DNA of 63,665 nt, counting the filler, from Sphacelaria rigidula (Eukaryota): assembly GCA_964200075.2 (NCBI GenBank). It is 7 parts of 7 records of this genome, joined end to end, with 100 filler letters (N's around TTAATTAATTAA, not from the genome) between each part and the next. Parts side by side here need not be neighbours in the genome. Positions count along the whole stretch, not along the records: positions 18,221 to 27,230 come from CAXNAA020009524.1; positions 27,331 to 36,339 come from CAXNAA020009525.1; positions 36,440 to 45,448 come from CAXNAA020009526.1; 4 more parts are not named here. One strand, written 5' to 3'. Each line of letters begins with the position of its first letter. The stretch's first letter is position 1. Below, piece after piece: positions 25,676 to 36,507 of this stretch. The translations under genes and the position numbers were made by a program. The notes beneath the pieces are model-generated. The model searched no databases, had not been told where the DNA came from, and saw only the letters and a list, made by a program, of their open reading frames with translations.

Positions 25676-25881
25676 GGCGGCGATACCTACATGACAAAAT
25701 CCACCAGGTGAAATGCGCGCGTAAAACCCAACAGGGCTCAGGTACTCACAGGTCCGTAGCGCCCTTGTGGATGATATTCTCTTTCTTCATGCTGATGACC
25801 TTCTTAATTGCGGCGCCGGCGGACAGGGCTGCGTCTGTCGCCAGCTGCAGTCGCTCTAGCAGGGCGCCTTCGCACTTAGTC
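20082..25881 (-). CDS. Inositol monophosphatase family protein, partial (exons 25881-25750 and 20166-20082)
   Basis: Spliced peptide TKCEGALLERLQLATDAALSAGAAIKKVISMKKENIIHKGATDL|VTETDKANEKLIFDAIRNRFPGDELIGE matches the IMPase N-terminal pattern (HKG..DLVTETD..E..I...FP...IGEE); GT-AG sites in phase; the WIIDPIDGT exon was not found in this contig. Confidence 0.87.
20340..20588 (+). mobile_element. Probable 3' end of a non-LTR retroposon (LINE/SINE) with an (AAT)n tail
   Basis: ~170 bp of ordinary sequence ends directly in ~26 AAT units (20508-20588); the microsatellite is certain, the retroposon origin is inferred. Confidence 0.45.
20894..25212 (+). mobile_element. Full-length hAT DNA transposon (4319 bp) inserted in the IMPase intron
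   Basis: Perfect 17-bp TIRs TAGGGTTGCTCATCAAC (20894-20910 and 25196-25212); perfect 8-bp TSD AAGCTGAG (20886-20893 and 25213-25220); AATCA/TGATT subterminal repeats at both ends. Confidence 0.97.
21238..24528 (+). pseudogene. hAT transposase, 6 exons (~21238-22195, 22367-22556, 22788-23045, 23203-23361, 23544-23725, 23958-24528), with in-frame stops at 21519 (TAG) and 23619 (TGA)
   Basis: BED zinc finger (SPLWNCF..ALCKVSGC..TSNLRQHMNAEH), TCDGWTS, TTDTAAN, CICH, ATRWWS, VLDPRTK and hATC dimerisation domain (WW..YPHIAILARKYLAVQASSAASERVFS); all GT-AG junctions keep frame; start codon uncertain. Confidence 0.92.
25626..25673 (+). repeat. (CA)n microsatellite
   Basis: About 24 uninterrupted CA units. 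Confidence 0.95.
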
Positions 25882-26679
25882 CTGGTGTGGAGAAGGAGAG
25901 ACTTCGGGGTGTCAATCACTTTGGAGTACTAGGTCTACATGTGTCACATCATGTTTGTCTCATGTGTGCCAGACCAAATATGCCCATCACGGGGACCGTA
26001 ATTCATCTCGTGTCTCGACCCAATATTGGGGAATTATTTTGTCTCACCGGTTTTTACTGAAAATTTCTTGCAGACCGCTGATCGATGTGCCCCGTCTTTT
26101 TTTTTCTTCACCATTTTTCGGTGGTCGTTCTGGGGCAAGTCGCCAAAGGGTCATAGGTTGAAAAAAAGTGAACAGCCCGGTGGAAGGGAACATGCGCGGG
26201 ATGTGGTGTTTTTATAGTGACCGAGTGTTACGCCTAGAAACTGGAATGTTCACAGCACTACACGTGCGGTTGTGAGAACTTTACTGCCAGCAATGTAATA
26301 TAATAGCACGTACACCGACCCCTAGCCGTGGTCTGGCTACACCGAAGAAAATGGTGCGAAAATAAACCCGTTGCCTTGAGAGAAGTTGCGCATTCTTCTC
26401 TTGCTTATCCAACACCGGGTCGATGCATGTAATTTGAAATTTCGTTTTGCTAGCTGGGCAACAACCATCAATGGGTCTAAGGCGCCTGTACAAGGAGAGA
26501 TCTGTACATCAGCATCAAATATTTCCCGTGTATACCGTGACTTGTGCCATCTTCCACGGCTAGGTAGCTGTTCGTTTCTACGGTCATTGTTTTCGGCTGG
26601 ATTCAGAGCTGCCCAAAACAACAATAAAAAAAACGAATCCGATAAGAACTCGGTTTGACAAAACTCCTTCTCTTGAATA

Positions 26680-27230
26680 CGAGCTGGGCCAGCCTAAAAA
26701 CGGGTTTAAGCTCTCAAAGCAATATCTCATCGACACAGACGAATTGGCCCATGATCCGCATACCGTATTAATCGTTTAACCAAGGGGAAGCTGCCCATCC
26801 GCTCAAAAATCTGGGCCAATATTCTCTCGTTGATTAAACCGCATGTCTAGTGATTCCTATACCGTACGGAGATAGCGTCCACAGTAAAATCTATGTGAAA
26901 CCCCGAACGATACGTTCAGCGGATGATTACGATTTTTGATGTGGACCTTCCCTTGAGCACGGGGAGACGATATATACCCTCACCTTCACCTAATTCGTAA
27001 TCTATCTCGAGATATGGCGCACATAATGTTCCATAATAATTTCAATATATTACGAGCAGAGGCACAAGATGCCCTAAATCTGAATATCACGTTTCGGTTT
27101 TTGAGAGTTGTGCTATGAAATTTTGTATGGAGAACCGCTACGAGCTGGGCCAGCCGAGAAGCGATTCTGCAGTTTGCAGGCCCATTATACGGCCAATACT
27201 TGGAGTTGGACCCTGAAATTTGGTATGGAC
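26680..27230. mobile_element. Second copy of the CGAGCTGGGCCAGCC MITE with another family member nested at TA 27139; truncated by the contig end
   Basis: TIR after TA at 26678; interior colinear with 13564-13836 up to ccgcTA, then a new TIR resembling the opposite end of the 13564 element. Confidence 0.82.
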
Positions 27231-28499
27231 NNNNNNNNNNNNNNNNNNNNNNNNNNNNNNNNNNNNNNNNNNNNTTAATTAATTAANNNNNNNNNNNNNN
27301 NNNNNNNNNNNNNNNNNNNNNNNNNNNNNNGGCGGGGGGGGGCTGCGCGCTGCCGTGGGGGGGGCCGCGGCGTCGGAACCTGGTGGGGGGGGGCAGGAGG
27401 CTAACCTCCAGTCGGCGGGGCCGCCAGCGGAGTGTGGTCGCTCGGGGGATTATGTTGAACCCGGCCCCTCCTTGAATCACGGAGGGGGTCGTAGCGGACC
27501 TAGGGGCGACTGCGGCGATGGGGCCGTAGATGTGGGGGGTACCCCAGGAGGCCGCCGCGGTGAGCCGGGTGCTCCATCCGGGGTGTCGGGGGCGGCGGCG
27601 GGAACAAACGGCGGTGCCCCCGATCCCGCGGCGGGAGGGACCGGTGCTGAAGGGAGGGGCAGTGGCGCCGACCTTGGTGGTATATCGGGGCCGGGGGGGT
27701 TACCGTCTGGCGGCGGGGGTAGTGATGCCGATCTTCATTTGGATTTTGCGGCGGCCGCAGGGGTGGGTGCGGACAGCCGCCGCGACGGTGATCGCGGCGG
27801 CTCGGGAGTGGCGGACCCCTCGGCAGCGGCGACCCAACGTGGGAGCACTGCCGCCTCGCACGCCGCTGCCCCCGACGATGCAGGCGCCCCGGATGGGCTG
27901 GGTGGCGGCGCGGATTCACACTCCACATCGGCGGGTGGGGCACCTGCACCCCGGACTGTACCTCATGCCACGTGGCCCCGAGACGGGCTGACTGTCGATC
28001 ACATGAAGGGTGTAATCGCCATCGTCACTCACATGAGGGTTGGTGACCTGTCCCGCGATCGAAGACCACTGGTCTTCAGGAACCCATTACGAGCATACTT
28101 CGCTGGGGCGTCATGTCTCGAGACCTGTTCAAACTCATCTATTGCCGCTATCTTCGGGTGGCGACATCCGGTGCGCCGAAGAGGGAGAATAGGGTTGTGA
28201 TGTGTTACACCATATTAGGTTGGTGTTGTTATTTGGTGTCCAGGGTGGGGGGTGGGGGGCGATTAGGCGGTGTGTTGAGCGGAACTCGCAGATATTCCAG
28301 ACGGTGTGGTACTGGGTCGTTGGTATCGCGGCGCTAACACTAGTCGCCGTGTAGACGCGCGTATAATCTCCAATAAACCGTGTAAGGCTTTCATCGCCCG
28401 CTCGGGAAATCACTACACCCGCGACTGCCGTCGTATCGCTGCCCTTTGTGTTGTTTGCATCTTCACTGTAGAGAGGTGGAGATGATCCTGAACAAGGTT

Positions 28500-29165
28500 T
28501 GAAGCTTTCTACCATTAGCCACCCACCACTTCCTTGCAGCAGCAGCGCCACACAGTGTACTTTTTAGGGTGCCCACGGCGTAGATCCCGTGCCCTACGAG
28601 ACTGAGGAACAGCGTCGGCGGCGTAAAGAAGGTATCCACGCCAACATCACGCCTAAATGGCGGATCTGCCTGGCCAGACATTGGCTGTGATGCAGTAGAA
28701 CGTGAAGGACCATGCGGCAAGTGCGTCCTAGGGGGTTCTCCGCCCAAGGGCGCAGGCGCGGGTCGCCCTGGAATCCCCCGTCCGTGCATGCTGAGAAGCA
28801 GTACCCCGTGTAACAACGAACGTGTGTTATCGGCAACAACACGCGTGTGTTGTTACACGGGGTACTGCTTCTCAGCATGCACGGACGGGGAATTCCAGGG
28901 CGACCCGCGCCTGCGCCCTTGGGCGGAGGACCCCCTAGGACGCACTTGCCGCATGGTCCTTCACGTTCTACTGCATCACAGCCAATATCTGGCCAGGCAG
29001 ATCCGCCATTTAGGCGTGATGTTGGCATGTGATAACTTCTTTACGTCGCCGACGCTGTTCCTCAGTCTCGTTGCGCACGGGATCTACGCCGTGGGCACCC
29101 TAAAAATCGAACTGCGCGGCGCTGCTGCGGCAGGAAGTGGTGGGTGGCTGATGGCAGAAACTTAA
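28500..29165. repeat. Near-perfect palindrome (arms ~28500-28817 and ~28849-29165) made of piggyBac transposase coding sequence
   Basis: Arms are reverse complements with few mismatches; mirror ORFs 28594-29028 (minus) and 28788-29165 (plus); spacer ~30 bp and itself partly self-complementary. Confidence 0.95.
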
Positions 29166-30177
29166 CGGCAAGATTGGCATGCTCTTCCTCCGTTAGGGTC
29201 AGGTGTACTTCACCCTGTGGGGGGACGCAAAGGGTGTCTTCATATGCAGCATTATTCACGTCTACCAGACTTTGTTCAAGGGGGTTCCGTACAGGTATGG
29301 GCAAACAGTTTCACTTTCGGTTTTGAAAGCATACGGTGTGTGTTTCGGGTGGCCTCGATATGTCGGCCTCGGATGTTGCCCAGAATTCAACGTAAGGTCG
29401 CCGAAGATTGTACCGAGCGAAACGCTGAACTCATGAAGCGCTAACGCTACGTCGAAACGATTCTACCTCATATTGATTCATTCAAATTCTCACGCGGAGC
29501 CAGACCAGCGGTAGCGCCCAGAGCGAGGCGTATTGCATCAAACAATCACGATGGGGGCATTCCTGCGCCACTGCCCTTGCATCGGTGCGAAATTGTGGTT
29601 GATGCCGCTCTTCCAGTCGATGGTATACTGTATTCAACACTAGTTGCCATTCCGCGACAGCACTCTCTTGAAGACATGCACCGTGATCAATGCGTAACGC
29701 AGCATCGGCGATAACGGATATGAACCATGAGTTATTCAGGACATGTATACATTGTTATCATATGTTTTCTCTTGTGTAGATTCCCTTCTCACACCGTTCA
29801 TTCGAACTGTTCAACGTTTCTGTCGCCGAAAGGGTAGAGAAGCGCCTGTAACACAGGAGGGGTACCACGTGCACAGGGGACCGGTTCCTACGCGCGAAAA
29901 ACTCATGATTAACGTCCTTCATTACCGACCAGGCTAATCCCTACAGAATACACGCTCCTAACCGTCACGATAGCGGCGTTCAAAATCCGATGCCGTCCCC
30001 TAGGCCCGCGGTCCTCGCACGTCGTACAGCGACATGGGCGACAATACTTACAGAATTCCAACCTATACATGACGAAATACGCGCCATCCCGGCCATAACG
30101 ATGCGCTATTTTCCCAAAATAATAAGAGCACCGCAATTGCCAGAGTTGAAAGGATCCGGAGTCTCAACCATCGACAA

Positions 30178-30208
<31 letters not shown>

Positions 30209-30442
30209 AACAGTGACAAAAACACAAAAAACAAAACCAAAAGGAGAAAACAAGGAGAAATCGACAACAACCATGACAAAAACAACTACAGCAACGTCTG
30301 TGGCGAGACGTTCGACCCCACGGCAAACAAGGGCCGATACATGCACTGACAAGATTGAAAGAAAAAGTCGCCAAGCCAGCCTAAGGGAATGGATTCACGT
30401 CGATGACAAAAAAAAACACCGATAATCCTCGGCAACATATCT

Positions 30443-30895
30443 CTGCAGAGACGGGTTTTCACAAATCGGGGATGGACTTTCTATTGATAACGAGGCGCCA
30501 GATAATGGAAATCTTCGTATCCACACCAAATCTTCGAAGTATGGCTCCACTCTTTCACCTGTTGGTAGCTATTGAAAACTACTACATGACATACAAATGT
30601 GAATCCTGGTAACCGACATGCTGGAATCCTCGCCGCAGAAACAATTTCGGGGAATTTCGATAAATCCATCCGATCGCCGCAACCCTCTGACATTGATTTT
30701 TCACATAGGATCCTGACATTTGGATTATTGACACCCAAAATTGTATGGCGTGTATTAATTGTCAACAGCTACGAGCAAGTGAAAAAATGGAATTCCATTT
30801 TGAAGATTTGATGTGGATACGAAGATTTTAATTATCTGGGGTTCTCATCCTCAATAAAGAAATCCATTCCCCATTTGTCAAATCCCGTCTTTACA
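30443..30895. mobile_element. Degenerate MITE/foldback with ~135-bp imperfect TIRs, inserted within the piggyBac relic
   Basis: ctgcagagacgggttttcacaaat...aaatcttcgtatccacaccaaatctt pairs with aagatttgatgtggatacgaagattt...atttgtcaaatcccgtctttacag. Confidence 0.75.
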
Positions 30896-31732
30896 GTGTT
30901 TTCAGCGATGTAGGGGCCCAGGATACCGTCGGGAGAGACCAGCCGTCAATGACTGGAGGAATATTTTTCGTTACGAAAGCACCATCCGCGAGATCCGGTA
31001 CGCGGTCCAATGAAGGTCGCAGGTCAAGCCGCTGACGGCATAGGGTGGAATACGGACGTGTAGATATCAGCACGCAATGCTTTCACAGGCGACGTGAATG
31101 CATACGGAGCATGCACGACTCGTGAAGTTAGAGCGAACGATAAGTCCCACCCTCAACAACGTCATATTCCCAACATCACGACCACATCGTTCAAACTACA
31201 TCGCTGTATATAAAGGCAACCACAACTTGACGGCAGCGCCAAGGGAACGCCGACACTAACAGCAACGAAAATTACGGTAACCATAACACCTACAGCCGCA
31301 TGCTGAACAGCGCCCGATATGCAACAAACAAACAACGCGTACCGACGAGCTCGAAGTCAAAAACAAAACGATAGACGACAGAAATCCCAATAAAGCTCGC
31401 ATTCATCACTAGAAGGCAGTGGCCTCGGATCAGCATGAGTACAACAGAATACCAGCGACCACCGTAAGAACGTTCACACAAAACGTACAAAATCCGGCAA
31501 GAAACCCGAGAGACTACGACGACAGAATTGTAAACGCCGTAACCTCCTGCAACTACGACAACGACGACACCAGTAAGAGCAACAACGATAACACCCCCGA
31601 TGCCATCGCAGCCACTACCCCGCCAACACACAGTCCGTATCCCCTGCGCCATGGTTCGTTGCGTCCCGACAACTCAGCCGGCGAGGGGGTGGCGACACAG
31701 CCGGCGTCAAGGGCCGACAGCCTCCCTGTCGC

Positions 31733-32319
31733 ATGGACTACAACTCGCACGTGTGCGGGGTCGACATCGTCGATCAATACAATGGAGGGTACGAGTTCCC
31801 ACACAGGACGTTCAACTACTATTGGCGGAGGGTCTTCGAACAGAAGCTTTAAATGTGCCTCACGAACGCTTGGTTGATCCTGGAGTGCTGGATCGTTTCC
31901 CTGGACGAGAACACCATAGTTGTGACGGAGGAGGACGCGGGGAACATGAAGCTGGCGGGGGTGTTGAGAGACGGTGAGTATCCTGCACAGTACTGCGATC
32001 TTCATTGGCTCCGAAGCTGAAGAGGTTGCGGAGCCTCAAACAAAACGGTTTTCAGGAGGGAATCAGCGCCACTCTCGCGGAGGAATGCCGTGCCGCGCAT
32101 CGTCCAAACGTTTGCCCTCGTCGCCGACCACAAACCGTCCACGGGAATCGACAGCGTCGCTGGCTACGCTTCGTATTGCCCCTAACCAGCCGCAGACACT
32201 GCCAGGTTCCGGGTTGCCGGACGCAGAAGTCGGCGAAGCCGACGAAATCCCGTGCTGTCTGCGGTTGTGTTGTATGCGATTCCAACGGGGCGAAATACGA
32301 GAAGGTATACCTTTTCTAG
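31733..32319 (+). pseudogene. piggyBac transposase C-terminal catalytic segment and cysteine-rich domain
   Basis: MDYNSHVCGVDIVDQYNGGYEFPHRTFNYYWRRVFEQKL*MCLTNAWLI with TAA at 31850, in a frame missing from the ORF track; followed by a Cys-rich stretch. Confidence 0.85.
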
Positions 32320-33205
32320 GCCATTGCCCAATTTTTTTCTGCGCTGTAGCTGTGAATGTGGGGTACAAAATGACGCAGTACTGTACCTCTCTCGATGTCT
32401 GCAGGTTGCCCATTTTTTCGTGAGCTCAGACCATAGGGGTACACTTGCGGAAGAGCTCTTGTGCACGACAGCGTACAGCTGTACAGGGACAACAGTGCTG
32501 TGCTACTTACACTACAGTTCACCACCATCGTTGATACCAGCGGCAGGAGCAGCGGTTGCGCATGAGCGTGACTTTGGTGCTCTCGGCGCATAGCCCTGGT
32601 TCTGTTCCGACTTCTGGAACTGAGTGTGATGAACTGCACTGCATACTGCATCGGTTTGTTCTTCGGTGTGCCATCGTTCTCAGCTACACATGGTCAGAAC
32701 AAAACATTATACGCTGCTTCTGTATCTACCCCGTTGATGGCAGTCCACACTCTATCGGGTATACTGTCTTGGCAAGCGACAGGGTTAGGTGGACGGGGCG
32801 CTGCGCAACACCAGAGCCACTGTCGTATACAACAATCTCCACTGTTTTGTTGCACAGTACTGACTTGAGTGTATGCCTGAGTAGCCAATGCATTGTGAGG
32901 CAAGGATGAAATGTAGTTTTACTGCGCCATGTTTCAAGACGGTTCACTCGCACAGGAACATGATAATTAGTCGCGACATATGACTAATTACCCTGCTTCT
33001 CGAAGCTAATCGATAAATCGGGGAAACGCTGCCCCCCCTCCGCCCGCCCCCCTGTCAGCGGAACTACTCTCTTCTGAGATAAGGCCCGCAGTCAGAGGGT
33101 CAAGCTTAGCCTGTGACCCCTTGCGGGCAGTACCAGAGCTTGCATACCCAACATTATCGCAGTATGACCACGATGAGCGCGGTTGCTCTTGTCGTCTATC
33201 AGAAC

Positions 33206-34691
33206 CACACCCTGGACAATACAATATGTACTATATATTGCCCGCTCAATATTTCGACGCTTCGGGTGGTCAATATATATTGGGCGAGCAATATGATGGC
33301 ACGAGAGAGGATCAATATATATTGAGCGAGCAACATGTCAAGGCTCGCGACATGCAATATATTTTGACGGAACAAGATATCACGACACACGCCACCTCAA
33401 CATATATTGGCCGAGTAATATGTTGGTGCGAGAAGGCACCAACATATATTTGTCGAGTAATATATTGGCTGCCACACGAAGTCAATATATATTGGTGATT
33501 CAAAACACTCAACACCCGAAGCGCCAATATATATTGCCGCGCCAATATGTCGTGCGTCAATGCGTCCAACATATATTGGGCGGACAATACACGAGGGAAC
33601 GGACGGCCACAATACATATTTCAAGATGTAGATTGCAAAGTGTATTGGAATTAGAATAGTGGGCAACTCTATGTCCGCGGGCGCCATTGAAATAGGTATA
33701 ACCGCATGCCGAAAACGCTCAATATATTCCTCCGCGAGCGTGTTCATTATATATTGGCTGCACAATAGCTATGCGATGAGCGTGCGCAATATATATTGGA
33801 AAAACAACACTTTTTGCATGGTTTGCGTTCAATATGTATGATGGTAACAGCATGCTACGCATCGCTTCGACTCAATATATATTGACACTTCAGTAAATAC
33901 GCGGCCGGCATGCACAATATATATTGAAAGTTTTATTCCCGGAGCACAGGTATGTCCAACATATATTGTCCTACATTACTTCATGACGATGACACGAGCG
34001 ATATATATTGTTGCTTCAATGTCTCCGAGGACATTTCAACACAATATGTATTGAAAGGGCAATATTTGAGCTGACTCCAATACAAAGTATTGGTATCATA
34101 TTGGAACATATTGTATTGTCCAGAGTATAAGCAACACAGCCCCGGTGACCACAGGGGTACCAAAAGGCGCATATCGACCCGCGTTTTCTGCCATCGTAAT
34201 GTTTAGCCAAGATATATTAATTACCTGCTGGGAAGGCGACGGGCGGCCCCGCACCGGTGGCCACTTAGATATCAGGAGGCATATATACCAGGTTGCCTCT
34301 TCTGTCACCATATTTTCCAACTAGTATGTAGATACTGCATATATATATATATATATGTCAAACGCATTCGACTACTCTCCGTAGTCATGCCCGCGAACTG
34401 CTGCGGCTCCCTTTGAAGTTTTTCCCAATCTGCGTCTGGATCTTCCTCAGAGCGTACACCATACTTATGATATCCAATATATATTGACCGGCCAATATAT
34501 TGGTACCCACGCAGACCCAATATATTTTGACCGGGTAATATGTTCTCACCAATGCGACTCTAATATATATTGGGCGCGCGATACGTGTGCAATCCAAGGG
34601 TACCAGTATATATTACGCCGGCAATATATCCCAAAATTCCAATATGATCAACTAATATATATTGGGAACATATTGTATTGTCCAGGGTGTG
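33206..34691 (+). mobile_element. Non-autonomous TIR transposon, TIR CACACCCTGGACAATACAATATG, 8-bp TSD ATCAGAAC
   Basis: Perfect TIRs at 33206 and ending 34691; TSD at 33198-33205 and 34692-34699; interior filled with CAATATATATTG palindromes. Confidence 0.93.
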
Positions 34692-36507
34692 ATCAGAACC
34701 CATCTTTAATTTTTCTTGGCGGGGCTCCTACGTGAATATCTTCAGCTTCCACAGACATTCATCTCGTCGACTTTATATAGGGCTTTTTACCTTGTCACTT
34801 GCTCTCAGGATACGACAGAATGTAACTTTCAGTTTTCAGTTTTCAGTTTCAAAGTTCGATTTTCAGCTTTCAAAGATGAACCGCGGGTATCTCAGCCCTA
34901 TAAATGCGTGGTTCGCGTCGTACAGCCAGCACAATATTGCCTGCTCAAAGCACACAGTTATGGGGGTGAATGAAGGCCTTACCGACCAACAATCCGTTGT
35001 CAACAAAAAAGTATACGAATGCGGAGGGATATTGAAGACGTATGGAAGACGTCATTGACTGGTCGGACCTGTGCCGAACCTCTGCTGAACAGAACACACG
35101 CTCCACCCGAAGTTACCCACGTTTAGTATGCGATAGCGGTATTTTTTCCATCGCATAGTTCTCGAGACAGGGGGCAAATCGGCCTGTGGCACTTGACAGC
35201 CACCCGCGCACACACTAGATCTATTCAGCGCCGCGGCGGACTCGCTCAATTCGCCACAGCGGATCCGAAACGCCTCCAAACGTCGAAGAGAGCGCGTTTT
35301 TGGTACATTTGGGCGGTTTGTAAAATGCTGCGGGCTCCGCGGCACGCGTTACGGAAAGCCGCCGCGGCAATGGAAGATTCTGGTGTGTGGGAAGCGCACG
35401 CATCAAACCGCAGTCCAATCCTCTACTTCGTTGCCGAGATATCTGCGATGAAAAATCTACACTTGCGGCTTCAGGAACAGCAGCGTGTTATCTAGGTGAA
35501 AAGTGAGGAATTCTCAGAAACTCGGTGTTTCGAAACTCAAGAGAAAAAGCGGTCTCCCGCGCAGCATGGACGACGTACAAGGGAAAAAACGGTCAAGACT
35601 TATCCCGTGCCTTGACCGCCGCACGCAAGCTCACGGCGGCTTCTCAACGCGCGGAGAAGGCTGAAAAAACACTCAAGGCGACCACCGAAAGACTCAACGT
35701 GGTCACCGAAACGCTTGACGCATCTGTTTCATGTTAGAGTGTTGGGTCCAGCGCATGAGCTAAGCCGGTGCGCCCAATTTGGTCCTTTCACAGTCGGGAG
35801 ACAGCGATGGTGTTCTCTGTAACTGACTGTGAATACTAATGACAATATGTGAACAATGCACCATGGGGCAAGGTGTGTACTGGATGTATCTTCCGTCCTG
35901 CCATGTGGTGCTGATTTCTTGTATGCACTTGTGTACAAGGGGCAAATTATTTTCACAACAAATTGAAAAAAATGTGGTGTCACTCATACTGCCTGTGTAC
36001 ATTGATCACAAGCTACGTGCTGGTTTCCTCTGTGTGGCTGTGCAACGCAACATCGCGTTACAACAGCAAGTACCCGCCACCTCTCGAATTGCAGTGGGCA
36101 AGGTCACAAATGAAAGTCGCTTGAGCGTACGTTGGACGGATCAAGCGCAGGAACCCACGTGTGAAGAGCGGGTTTGACCATCGTCTGTGTACCGCACTTC
36201 ACGGACTCATAGCAGCAGCAATGATGTTTGTTCCCACTGCCGCCTGTGTACACTGACAACAGTATGTAAACATCGCGGTTGGCAAGTTGCAGTTTCGATC
36301 GAATGCTTGGTTCGGGGCTAGGTACTACCAAGCAAGAATNNNNNNNNNNNNNNNNNNNNNNNNNNNNNNNNNNNNNNNNNNNNTTAATTAATTAANNNNN
36401 NNNNNNNNNNNNNNNNNNNNNNNNNNNNNNNNNNNNNNNAAAGCACTGTTTCAGGCTTGAACCTCATCTCGGAGTTAAACCTCAATTCGCACATTTTTTT
36501 GTTTATT

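Larger units (their letters stand above)
27960..33099 (+). mobile_element. Decayed piggyBac transposon (left end outside the contig)
   Basis: Colinear transposase motifs: tentative W..LT..HMKGVIAI..HM (~27970), CDNFFTSPTLF..GIYAVGTL (~29030-29100), FTLWGDAKGVFICSIIH (~29205-29260), DYN..GVDIVDQ..Y..RT..YWRRVF..NAWLI (31733-31880), Cys-rich RRHCQVPGC..CGCVVC..KVYL (32190-32320); putative end gcagtcagaGGG|TCAA at 33099 (degenerate TTAA). Confidence 0.8.

Noticed and set aside
31419..32005. Listed ORFs 31419-31877, 31553-32005 and 31600-31977
   Set aside because: Shadows of the stop-interrupted piggyBac frame
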